A DNA stretch of 64,000 nt from Desulfatiglans sp. GTDB lineage: Bacteria; Desulfobacterota; DSM-4660; Desulfatiglandales; HGW-15. The stretch is from contig JAAZBV010000128.1 in NCBI GenBank assembly GCA_012513605.1, positions 605 through 64,604 on the forward strand, in the 5' to 3' direction. Under the pieces are notes generated by a model, which was not told the DNA's origin, ran no database searches, and saw nothing but the letters and a program-made list of their open reading frames with translations. The translations under genes were made by a program, and so were the position numbers. Positions 54,131-63,256 of this stretch are shown here, in pieces. Numbering within the stretch: position 1 is the first letter of the stretch; each line of letters opens with the position of its first letter.

Positions 54131-55168
54131 ATGGCTGATATTAAATATAAAAGTGTGCCACTCAATGAAGCGGTAGGTATGATGCTTGGGCATGATCTCA
54201 CCCAGATTATACCCGGGGAATTTAAGGGCCCGGCCTTTAAAAAGGGTCATATTATTAAAGAAGAGGATGTTACCCGGTTACTTGATATGGGTAAAATGAA
54301 TATATATGTGCTTGACCCAAAGGACGGTTTTATCCATGAAAACGAGGCAGCAGGACGCATTGCAAATGCCTCATCAGGAAGGGGCATCAGGCATTCAGAA
54401 CCTGTTGAGGGTAGAATAAATTTCATATCAACCGGCACAGGATTGTTAAAGGTCAATAAAGAAGCACTCCTTAAAATAAATCTGGTGGAGGATATCACCT
54501 TTGCTACCATCCATGGGAACCAGATAGTTAAACCTGATACGGCAATGGCCGGCACAAGGATAATCCCTATTGCCACACATGAAAAGAATATAGGGGAGGT
54601 GGAACGTATATGCAGGGAGAACTATCCTGTAATTGAGGTTAAACCCTTCAGACATCTCAGGGTTGGTGTTATTACAACCGGGAGTGAGGTGTTTTCCGGG
54701 CGCATAAAGGATAAATTTGGGCCTGTGCTAAAAGACAAATTCAAAAAGATGGATTGCGAGGTAATTAAACAGGTATTTGTCTCTGATGATGTGGAAAAGA
54801 CAGTTTCGGCCATACATGAGCTGATAAAGGAGGGGGCAGAACTCATAGCCCTTACAGGGGGCATGTCTGTTGACCCTGATGACCAGACCCCTTTAAGCAT
54901 AAGAAAATCAGGCGCAAGGGTTATTACCTATGGAGCGCCTGTATACCCCGGGGCCATGTTTATGCTTGCATATATCGGTAATATCCCTGTTGTGGGGCTT
55001 CCAGGGTGTGTTATGTATTACAGGGCAAGCATATTTGAGCTTATCCTGCCCCTTGTTATAGCAGATGAACCGGTAACAAAGGAGTATATCTCATCGTTAG
55101 GTCATGGGGGGTACTGCTCTAACTGTAAAGAGTGCAGGTACCCTGTATGCGGATTTGGTAAACAGTAA
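54131..55168 (+). CDS. Molybdopterin-binding (MoeA-N plus MoCF-biosynthesis domain) protein with a Cys-rich C-terminus
   Basis: 345 aa. RVGVITTGSEV..G...D and ALTGGMSVDPDD resemble the MoCF domain. Tail CSNCKECRYPVCGFG. Lacks the MoeA C-terminal domain. Confidence 0.6.
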   Translation: MADIKYKSVPLNEAVGMMLGHDLTQIIPGEFKGPAFKKGHIIKEEDVTRLLDMGKMNIYVLDPKDGFIHENEAAGRIANASSGRGIRHSEPVEGRINFISTGTGLLKVNKEALLKINLVEDITFATIHGNQIVKPDTAMAGTRIIPIATHEKNIGEVERICRENYPVIEVKPFRHLRVGVITTGSEVFSGRIKDKFGPVLKDKFKKMDCEVIKQVFVSDDVEKTVSAIHELIKEGAELIALTGGMSVDPDDQTPLSIRKSGARVITYGAPVYPGAMFMLAYIGNIPVVGLPGCVMYYRASIFELILPLVIADEPVTKEYISSLGHGGYCSNCKECRYPVCGFGKQ

Positions 55169-55175
55169 AAAGAGG

Positions 55176-57392
55176 TCAGGCAGTTCTCATCGGAAAGGAA
55201 ATAATTATTTTAAGTATATTATCGCCGATTTTAATAAGGTTTATCTTCCCGCCATGCCTGTGGATTATAATCTTCGAAAGTGGCAGATCAAGAACGCTCT
55301 CCTCCAGCTTCTGCTCAATATGAGGAAAAAAGAATTGTTCTATATCGGCATTTGACATGTGCTTAAAGGCATTGGTGATTGTAACAACCACCTCATCATC
55401 CCTGAATGCGGTTGAAACCGAGATATTCTCTTCGGGAGGGGATGATATTATTGAGTGCTTTATGATATTGGTTACTGCCTGGCAGAGTATCTTATGATCC
55501 GCCTCTATATCTGGGATATTCGATTCAAGGTCTGAGACAATTTCAAGGTTTCTTGATTCAAGGAGCCTGTCAAGTTCTGCGATAGACTCCAGTATAAGCT
55601 CGTTTATATTCACACTTGAAAGTGTGAGTTCAAACGGGGTTATAGTGGATAAGAGGCCGGTCACGAATATCTCAAGTTTTGCCACCTCTTCAACTATTAT
55701 AATAGAAAGGCGCTTATTGGGGTCATCATCCTTCATGGCATCCCTGAGTCTTCGCGCAAATCCCCCGGCAATACTTAACGGGTTTCTTATCTCATGTGCC
55801 ATTCTTGCAGATATCTCACCAAGTGTCCGCACCTCCTCTGTCTGTATGGCCCGATCCTCCAGTCTTTTGAGCTCGGTTATATCAAGCATAAATCCATCAA
55901 CCCATTTCACCTCACCATTCTCATCGGTAGTTGGTATTGAATGTGTAATAAAATGGAGGAGCCTCCCGTCCTTTGACCTTACCTTGTGATCAAGCCTGCA
56001 CTCTTCACCTTTAATAAAACAGGTATTCCAAACTGTTTTAAATGCCTCAGGCGCCTCACTCGCTATCTTATCCCGCCAGAATCTCTTGTCATCAAGCGCC
56101 TCTTCTACAGTATAACCTATATTTTCTGTCAGGTAAGAGTTTACAAACTCGGTTGTCCCGTCCTTTAATATCCTGTAGACAACAAGCGGGACATTTTCCA
56201 CCATTGTCCGGTATTTTTCTTCAGATTCCAGGAGCTCTGATGTCCTCTCATCAACACGTTTTTCAAGGGTCCTTGCATAGTTTTCTATCTCCATGCGTCT
56301 GGTTTTAAGGGCCTCAAGCATTGTGTTAAGGGTGTTTGTCAGGGAGCCCACCTCGTCTGAGCTCTTGACATCAAGTCCATTCTCCCTTTCCCCTGATGCA
56401 ATCTCGCGGGCCTCTGCCACTATCTCCTTTATAGGTTTTATAAACAGATTAATTACAAGATAGATAAACAGAAAGGATATGAGGATGACCGCAATTCCAG
56501 CTGAAACCATCAGATTCCTGGTGCCTGCCAGTCTTTTAAGTGTTGCTGTCCTGTCAGCGTTGAAGACTATCAGTGCAACAACCTCTCCTGAGCAGTTTAC
56601 AACAGGGCCTATTAAAACAGACATGTCCGGGTGTTTTTCAGGTGATATCATTATATCTGGCTCATGTATATTCCCTTGACCTTTGTATATCCCTGAAATG
56701 TTTTCAAGAGAAAGCTCCCCGGCTGCTGTTATTCTCTCAGGTTTGCCTTCTGCTATAGTGTAAAGTGCGGCATTTATCTTCCAGGTCCTGTGATAATCAT
56801 CCATAAATGCATTCCCTAAGGTAAACAGGGTGCCAACACTCCCAGCGATCTTTCCATCATTATAGACAGCTACAGCACCCCCTGTGACAAGACCTGACCG
56901 CCCCATCTCAAGGCAGACAGAATTTTTTGCCCCTGAAAAAATCTCTGATACGCTCTTTATATCCAAACCCGCAGTATCTCCATTCTCTCCCGGGTTAGAA
57001 AGCCTTAAAAAGGATATGCCCGGAGGTCTGTGAAGATACAGTTGTGAAACCCCCTGGTTGTTTTTAAGGTTCTGGTATATAGGTGCTATATAGTTTTGCA
57101 GGGCGACTTTGTCATCTTCTTTAAGAAGCCTTCCAATATCGGGTATATCTGCAAATGAAGATGCTATAGAGATGGCCTGTTCCTGTTTCTGGTTAAGCCG
57201 GTCCAGAAAGAGCCTGTAATGCTGAAGTAAAAGGTTCCTTTCCTCTTTTTTGATCAGGTTCTGCTGTGAGGTTAAACTGATTAAGGTCAAAATGGTGGTG
57301 CTGGCAAAGGCAAAAAAAAGAAAAGGGATTAAGAGCTTCAGTTTCAGGCTGATTCCTCTCATCCCATGAAAGATATTATGCAGATTTTTCAT
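55176..57392 (-). CDS. Sensor histidine kinase (N-terminal TM, periplasmic double-Cache-like domain, HAMP, PAS, HisKA, HATPase)
   Basis: 738 aa. H-box ARMAHEIRNPL. A PAS-like segment after the coiled coil. No response regulator is adjacent. Confidence 0.9.
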   Translation of the reverse strand: MKNLHNIFHGMRGISLKLKLLIPFLFFAFASTTILTLISLTSQQNLIKKEERNLLLQHYRLFLDRLNQKQEQAISIASSFADIPDIGRLLKEDDKVALQNYIAPIYQNLKNNQGVSQLYLHRPPGISFLRLSNPGENGDTAGLDIKSVSEIFSGAKNSVCLEMGRSGLVTGGAVAVYNDGKIAGSVGTLFTLGNAFMDDYHRTWKINAALYTIAEGKPERITAAGELSLENISGIYKGQGNIHEPDIMISPEKHPDMSVLIGPVVNCSGEVVALIVFNADRTATLKRLAGTRNLMVSAGIAVILISFLFIYLVINLFIKPIKEIVAEAREIASGERENGLDVKSSDEVGSLTNTLNTMLEALKTRRMEIENYARTLEKRVDERTSELLESEEKYRTMVENVPLVVYRILKDGTTEFVNSYLTENIGYTVEEALDDKRFWRDKIASEAPEAFKTVWNTCFIKGEECRLDHKVRSKDGRLLHFITHSIPTTDENGEVKWVDGFMLDITELKRLEDRAIQTEEVRTLGEISARMAHEIRNPLSIAGGFARRLRDAMKDDDPNKRLSIIIVEEVAKLEIFVTGLLSTITPFELTLSSVNINELILESIAELDRLLESRNLEIVSDLESNIPDIEADHKILCQAVTNIIKHSIISSPPEENISVSTAFRDDEVVVTITNAFKHMSNADIEQFFFPHIEQKLEESVLDLPLSKIIIHRHGGKINLIKIGDNILKIIISFPMRTA

Positions 57393-57562
57393 ATACTGTC
57401 ATAGCCATTTATTTCAATCATTATGTTTATATACTTTTTCTTAAATAAAACGAATATTTTTTTGTTTCCTAATGAAAATAATTGCCGATTATTCTTTTTG
57501 GTATTATTAAGGCAAAAGGTATCTTTTGTACCCGGATTTTGAATAATCAGCGGAGGCATTTT

Positions 57563-57862
57563 ATGAGTGTTGAAGGGACATACAGGATTTCTACGGACAC
57601 CCCTATGGGCGTTATGGAGAGCACCCTTACCCTTAAAAAGGCAGGTGATGAGTTGACTGGCACCATGTCATCAGGGCTTATAGGGCAGGTAGATTTTAAT
57701 GGCGGAAAGGTGGAGGGCAGCAGCTTTTCATTTGCGCTTACAGTAAAGAAGTTCTTTAAAAAGATAGATATTTCAGGGCATGGCAGGGTAGAGGGTGACA
57801 GGATATCAGGGAGGATAATAACATCGTATGGCGAATCCTGTTTTGAAGGGGAAAGGGTTTAG
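57563..57862 (+). CDS. Small beta-rich protein of unknown function
   Basis: Start at MSVEGTYRIS (GGAGG RBS). 99 aa. The pattern ELTGT...G.V.F.GG.VEGSSFSF resembles the C-terminal domain of the esterase at 9614-10960. Confidence 0.45.
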   Translation: MSVEGTYRISTDTPMGVMESTLTLKKAGDELTGTMSSGLIGQVDFNGGKVEGSSFSFALTVKKFFKKIDISGHGRVEGDRISGRIITSYGESCFEGERV

Positions 57863-58015
57863 CTTGTTACCGCCTATTTTTATATTGACACAACAGGCTA
57901 ATCTTTTTATCCTTCTTATTAAATTAACATTTCAACACAATCTGTTTCAGACATAAAAGTAAAAGTCTCAGGGCTGCTTTAACCGTTCATTAACATTTTA
58001 AATGGAGGATAAAGA

Positions 58016-58627
58016 ATGCCATCATATTACAACAATATAAGACCAAACCTGGCAGGCGACTTTCCGCAGATTGACCCGACTGCATTAATTGACCCTTCAG
58101 CCCAGATAATTGGCAATGTGAAGATTGATGAAGGCGTTTTTGTCGGGCCTTTAACTGTAATCAGGGCGGATCAGAGGGGGCCCGACGGCAAGGTGGCGCT
58201 CATTCATATTGGCGAAGAGGTCAATATTCAGGATGGTGTTATTATACACACTGATCCCGGTGCCCCCTTTGTTATAGGCCCCAAAACCTCTATAGCCCAT
58301 GGAGTCACCATCCATGGTCCATGTAATATCGCCAATGAGTGTTTTATTGCTATAAGGGCATCTCTGTACAAGGTAACTCTGGAAGAGCATGTATGGATCG
58401 GGCTTGGAGCAATCGTACAAAGGGTTACATTGAATTCATTTACCATGGTTCCAACCGGTGCAGTTATCCTTGAACATGCTGAAACACTCGGGCTAAGGCT
58501 GGTTACGGATGAAGAAAGAAAATTTATGGAAGAGGCCTGGATTGCCAATTCAAGGTTAAGGATGGATTACCTGGAACTAAGGGACAAGGCGGAAGCACTC
58601 AGGTCCAGTATTAATAAAAAGGGGTGA
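58016..58627 (+). CDS. Gamma-class carbonic anhydrase-like left-handed beta-helix protein
   Basis: Hexapeptide repeats. Putative Zn ligands in QDGVIIH and AHGVTIHGP (H-x4-H), as in the Cam-type gamma-CA as I recall it. GGAGG RBS. Confidence 0.75.
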   Translation: MPSYYNNIRPNLAGDFPQIDPTALIDPSAQIIGNVKIDEGVFVGPLTVIRADQRGPDGKVALIHIGEEVNIQDGVIIHTDPGAPFVIGPKTSIAHGVTIHGPCNIANECFIAIRASLYKVTLEEHVWIGLGAIVQRVTLNSFTMVPTGAVILEHAETLGLRLVTDEERKFMEEAWIANSRLRMDYLELRDKAEALRSSINKKG

Positions 58628-58815
58628 CTAGTTTCTCCCGGTATTTTCCCCAGGGTGCCCGAATGAGCTTGAAATTACAGGGGAAACAAACAATATGATC
58701 CTGATGGAACCTGAAACAAGAAAAACTATATTCTGGATTGTAAAACCAACTGTTGACATTAAAGGAGGTATGACGGCCATTTTTCCGGTAAATGTTATCT
58801 CTTCAGAAAAGGTGT

Positions 58816-58855
58816 CTGTTACATGGCCCCTGTATTTTAAAGGGCCATGTAACAG
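58816..58855. terminator. Hairpin terminator between convergent genes
   Basis: 14-bp perfect stem ctgttacatggccc/gggccatgtaacag with a 12-nt loop. Lies 17 nt downstream of the minus-strand lipoprotein stop. Confidence 0.55.
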
Positions 58856-58871
58856 ATTGAATTACTGCAAT

Positions 58872-59291
58872 TTATTTGCTGAGCTTCTCTTTCATTTCCT
58901 TTGCCTGATCACGCCCTGCAAGCACATATATCTTTTCTATAAGGTAATACTGTCTGCCTTTGGCAGTCCTTATGAAAAATTTGTCAAACCCGGCAGTAAT
59001 AGTTGATTTCTGATCAACAATACCAATTACCTGGCTGGCAATATCTGTCTCAAGGGGCCTGTCCAGTACAGCCAGGAAAAACTCTCCTCCATTGGCCGTA
59101 AAAATAAGCGCCTGTTTATCAATCTGATCCCAGTTTGATACATTGATTGCGTTTATCTTCTTGACCGCTTTAAGCTCATTACTGAGGTTGTATTTTTCAG
59201 GCAGGGCAGACGGTGCTGTTGTGGTTGTGGCACATGATGCTGTCATAGCGAGAAGTGCAACAATAGCGAACAATTTAATCATCATTTTCAT
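58872..59291 (-). CDS. Small lipoprotein of unknown function
   Basis: 139 aa. Signal plus lipobox LAMTASC. Confidence 0.6.
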   Translation of the reverse strand: MKMMIKLFAIVALLAMTASCATTTTAPSALPEKYNLSNELKAVKKINAINVSNWDQIDKQALIFTANGGEFFLAVLDRPLETDIASQVIGIVDQKSTITAGFDKFFIRTAKGRQYYLIEKIYVLAGRDQAKEMKEKLSK

Positions 59292-59536
59292 ATTGAAACT
59301 CCTTTCGGTTAATACAAAAAAACTATTTGACTAAAAACGTCAAATTTACAAATTGATGTAATATTAATTTAATCTGCAAAATAAATCAAGTTTTTTACAG
59401 ATATACGGAGTTAATTTTTCAATGAGAGTAAATTGTCCTAGAAAAAATAAGGCTACTGTTTTTTTTGAAAGGAGGAAAATCAATTTAAAGATATCACTAT
59501 TCAGATGTTAGATAACTATCTGATATTAATGAGATA

Positions 59537-60802
59537 TTAGGCCCTTTTTACAGGAATTTTCAATAAATAGAGGATAATTGCGCCAATGATACACCAAATA
59601 GCAAGGGCATAAAACACCCCCTGGTAACCATGCCCGCTGTCATACAGCCTCCCTGCAACATAGGGTATTATAGCCCCAAAGGTGGTATTGATGGCCAGAG
59701 AGAGCCCTATAAGCGATGCAAATGTCTTTACACCGTAATAATTGCTTAATACAGTGGCCACACAGACAACGCCCCCTCCAAAACCGATCCCTATACACGA
59801 TGCCACACACACAAGCAGAAAGGGTGATACTGCCTTAACAGATAGTATCATTCCGATACTGAACAGGGCTATAAACCCGGCCCAGATCTTCCTAGGTTCA
59901 ATCCTGTCGCCTGATGCTGCAATGATAGCCTTTCCTAAAAGGCTTGTAAGTGCAATAAGGCTTATGGCCCATGATGCAGCATCACGGGTATGGCCGATAT
60001 CCATAAGGTGGACTACGCCATGACCTAAAAACAGGGAATAGCCACAGCCCATTCCCATGTGGCAGATCATCATGATCCAGAAGGAGCTGCCGGACAATAC
60101 CTCTGAATAGCCCCAGTTTACCTCTGTCTGATACACCTTTTTTTTAACTTTGCTGGAACCGGATATGTTCATATCTTGTGAAAGAAATGTATCCCCATCG
60201 GGCAGCTGCCCCAGATCCTTTGGGTCTTCTTTTATAAAAATGATGGAGATCAGGAGGGCTAAAATCGCAAGGGCAGTTATAATAAACCAACCCATGCGCC
60301 AGTTTTTATCAGTTAAAACAAGCACCTGATTAAGGAGAGGGGAGGCTATAAACCCGCCAATACCTGAGGCTGAACTGAAAATTGCAAGGGCAAGAGCCCG
60401 TTTTTTGATAAACCATTTTGCGATGCCTGCCTGCGCGCCAATCACGCCACCCACACAAACACCAGCCCCCACTATTATCCCAAAGCTAACCACAGCAGAT
60501 GGGCCGCTCTTTACATAGGTCGCCATGAGAATAGAGCCGATACCCACCAGAATGCTGCCTGTAATCATGGTAAACCTTACGCCGAATCTGCCAACGCACA
60601 TGGCAACAAGGGGACCTGGAAGTCCTGACATTATTGTGTATATGGAAAAGATGCCACCGAGTGACTGACGGTTCAGGTTAAGGTCAACAACCATAACCGC
60701 ATCAAGCACCCTCGCGCCGTAGATGGGAAAGGCAAGGTTTATGGAGACAATCGCCCACAGGGCAGCTAACAGCTTCCAGCCATAGAAACTTCTGTCAGGC
60801 AT
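59537..60802 (-). CDS. MFS transporter (oxalate/formate-antiporter-like subfamily)
   Basis: 421 aa with 12 TM segments. Confidence 0.8.
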   Translation of the reverse strand: MPDRSFYGWKLLAALWAIVSINLAFPIYGARVLDAVMVVDLNLNRQSLGGIFSIYTIMSGLPGPLVAMCVGRFGVRFTMITGSILVGIGSILMATYVKSGPSAVVSFGIIVGAGVCVGGVIGAQAGIAKWFIKKRALALAIFSSASGIGGFIASPLLNQVLVLTDKNWRMGWFIITALAILALLISIIFIKEDPKDLGQLPDGDTFLSQDMNISGSSKVKKKVYQTEVNWGYSEVLSGSSFWIMMICHMGMGCGYSLFLGHGVVHLMDIGHTRDAASWAISLIALTSLLGKAIIAASGDRIEPRKIWAGFIALFSIGMILSVKAVSPFLLVCVASCIGIGFGGGVVCVATVLSNYYGVKTFASLIGLSLAINTTFGAIIPYVAGRLYDSGHGYQGVFYALAIWCIIGAIILYLLKIPVKRA

Positions 60803-60868
60803 GATTACCTCAAGGGTATTGCACCTTATTAAGGCGCAATACCCATTTTTTAGGAACTGCGGGTTGAT

Positions 60869-61855
60869 CTATTTGAAATAAATCTTGTTCTGTTTTCTTA
60901 CTTCATCCATGATGCAGTCATTAACACCAGGGAAGATACTGCCTTCGCCGCCATAGGTGAGGCAGGGGATAAACATGCCGCCTTCATGATATTCCTTGCA
61001 GGCGCGGGCTGTTTCGGCGCGGACGATCTCCTCTTTCCAGTCAGCACGGTCAACAATGGATGCATCAATACCACCCATGAGGGTGAGTTTATAATCAGTA
61101 TCCTTCTTGATCTTCTGGATATTGTTGGAAGGGAGGATCCCTTCCCATATATCAATACCCACCTCTACCATATCCTTTGCAATTGGTTCACAGAAGCTGT
61201 CAGCATGATGCATGGTGATGACACCTTCCTTTTTCATGGCGCCGTAGATCTCTTTGTAGGGCTCTTTCAGGAATTCACGCCATGTATCAGGGCTCATGAA
61301 CATGCTGTATTTTGAACCCCAGTCATCATGAAACATGATAACATCAGGTCGAAGATTTTCTATAAGGAGCCTTACCTGCTGCATCTTTGCCTTTTTAACA
61401 TAGTCGATCAGTTCATGCATTGCGTCAGGTTCTGCCAGAAAGTTCATAAGAGTGTCTTCAAAGCCCATAAGAAAATGGAGCTGCTCAAATACGCCGGTTG
61501 GAACCCAGACCATGGCAAATTTACCCTCTGCCTTTATTCTGGCTGTATCTGCTTTTGCAGCTTTCCAGTCCATGGGCACCTTGTCAAGGTCAGGGGCCTT
61601 GCAGGTCTTGCGCCATTCGGTTATGTCCGGGCAGACCTTGGTCTTTTCATTAACCATGGGCATGATACCCGGTTCATGTTCTCCCCAGTAAATCGTAACT
61701 CCCCAGGGGTTGATGGCTGTCTGGCCTTTTGCTACCGGAAACAGATAGAAAAAAACAGGGTCCCATACCTGCGGAAAGGGTTCCCACTCGTTTACAAATG
61801 CATCCGGTTTGCCGTTTTTCAAAGTTTCATACACATTTTCTTTTAATGTTAACAC
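60869..61855 (-). CDS. Uroporphyrinogen-decarboxylase (URO-D) fold protein, MtaA/CmuA-like methyltransferase family
   Basis: 328 aa. The size and the remembered pattern (..DVIMFHDDWGS.., MHHADSF, GIDIWEG, MGGID) fit URO-D-like methylcobamide methyltransferases. Confidence 0.55.
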   Translation of the reverse strand: MLTLKENVYETLKNGKPDAFVNEWEPFPQVWDPVFFYLFPVAKGQTAINPWGVTIYWGEHEPGIMPMVNEKTKVCPDITEWRKTCKAPDLDKVPMDWKAAKADTARIKAEGKFAMVWVPTGVFEQLHFLMGFEDTLMNFLAEPDAMHELIDYVKKAKMQQVRLLIENLRPDVIMFHDDWGSKYSMFMSPDTWREFLKEPYKEIYGAMKKEGVITMHHADSFCEPIAKDMVEVGIDIWEGILPSNNIQKIKKDTDYKLTLMGGIDASIVDRADWKEEIVRAETARACKEYHEGGMFIPCLTYGGEGSIFPGVNDCIMDEVRKQNKIYFK

Positions 61856-62299
61856 GGATTTTCCTCCTTTATTTAGATATTGCCTTGCTTATATCACCAA
61901 TATAATAAAAAATAACCCTTTTTTATTTGGTGGAGAAATTATCAGTCCCTGTACACTTTCAGGTGAGCATATTGTCTATAATTCCATACAATTTAATATT
62001 TTTTCGAATTTTAAATAGCCTGTGTATATTATATTTTAATGTTTATGAATATAAATTCTGCCTGTATTTTACCATTAAGAGTCCATGCTGTTAAGGCTCT
62101 CATCGCACTCAACAGGGGATGTGGGGTGCAGTTGTATGTGCTCTATGCTTTTTTGTTTGTTGATGGCATGAAAAATGCCTGAAGGTATAATAATTGTATT
62201 TGTTTTCCCGAAAAATATTAAGGCATGTCCGGCAGTTAACCCTGAAACAGGGTCTTGATGCCCGGATGATAAATCAGTATAACTCTCAGACAGGAGAAT

Positions 62300-63253
62300 A
62301 TGAAAATGAGACCGGTAATAATGAGAATTTCCCTTTTAATGCTATTAATGATTTGCCTCTGTGTCACCTTGTCCTGCAACTCTGGAGACTCAGACTCTAA
62401 GGATGCTGCCCCGGTCACACCCGGAAATAATATTCAGCCGCCGGCAGGTAACAATAATGATCCCTCTGATCCGCTGAATGCTGGCGCTATAATTATAGAT
62501 CATGAAAGTACTGATCTCGCGATGGTCCCGCTTGAATGGATAAATGAGGCAAAGGAGAAACTTCACATTGCCTATGGCCACACCTCTCACGGAAGCCAGA
62601 TTACAACAGGCATGAGCGGGCTCACAACCTTTGCAAATGCCCCTTATGGAGGCGCCACATACAGGTGGAACAGCGGTGGTTCAGGCGAAGCCCTTGACCT
62701 GCGTGATTCACCTTTCTCCGGGGCAAGCGATCTTGGAAATCCTAACCGGACAGTCTGGGCTGATGCCACGCGTAACTATCTGAATGCCCACCCCGAGATA
62801 AATGTGATCATGTGGTCATGGTGCGGCCAGGCAGATGGCATTGAGGCGCAGATAGGCCAGTATCTTGACCTTATGGATGATCTTGAGGCAGACTATCCTG
62901 ATGTTATGTTTGTCTATATGACAGGCCATACTAATGGGACAGGGCTTGATGGAAATCTGCATCAGCGGAACCTCCAGATCAGGAATTTTTGTGAGACCAA
63001 TGGAAAAATACTGTTTGATTTTGAAGATATAGAGAGTTATGACCCTGATGGCGAATACTATGGGGATCTGAATGTAACAGACAGCTGTGATTATAATGGC
63101 GGCAACTGGGCAAAGGAGTGGCAACAGAGTCACACTGAAGGGATGGACTGGTATAATTGTTCATCTGCCCACAGTGAGCCCCTGAACGCAAATCAAAAGG
63201 CCTATGCAGCATGGTGGCTCTGGGCAAGGCTCGCGGGCTGGGATGGAAATTAG
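62300..63253 (+). CDS. Lipoprotein of unknown function
   Basis: 317 aa. Lipobox VTLSCNSG. Low-complexity linker. Conserved-looking motifs HIAYGHTSHGSQ, VIMWSWCGQ, VYMTGHTNGTG. Confidence 0.6.
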   Translation: MKMRPVIMRISLLMLLMICLCVTLSCNSGDSDSKDAAPVTPGNNIQPPAGNNNDPSDPLNAGAIIIDHESTDLAMVPLEWINEAKEKLHIAYGHTSHGSQITTGMSGLTTFANAPYGGATYRWNSGGSGEALDLRDSPFSGASDLGNPNRTVWADATRNYLNAHPEINVIMWSWCGQADGIEAQIGQYLDLMDDLEADYPDVMFVYMTGHTNGTGLDGNLHQRNLQIRNFCETNGKILFDFEDIESYDPDGEYYGDLNVTDSCDYNGGNWAKEWQQSHTEGMDWYNCSSAHSEPLNANQKAYAAWWLWARLAGWDGN

Positions 63254-63256
63254 AAG

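Noticed and set aside
58695-59006. 103-aa plus-strand ORF downstream of the gamma-CA-like gene
   Set aside because: It runs through the strong terminator hairpin (58816-58855) and overlaps the 3' end of the better-supported minus-strand lipoprotein gene. It has no convincing RBS.
60814-60844. Hairpin gggtattgcacctt/aaggcgcaataccc between the URO-D-like and MFS genes, as a terminator
   Set aside because: The T-run follows it only on the plus strand, whereas both flanking genes are on the minus strand. It is more likely an intercistronic structure, so it was mentioned only in a finding.
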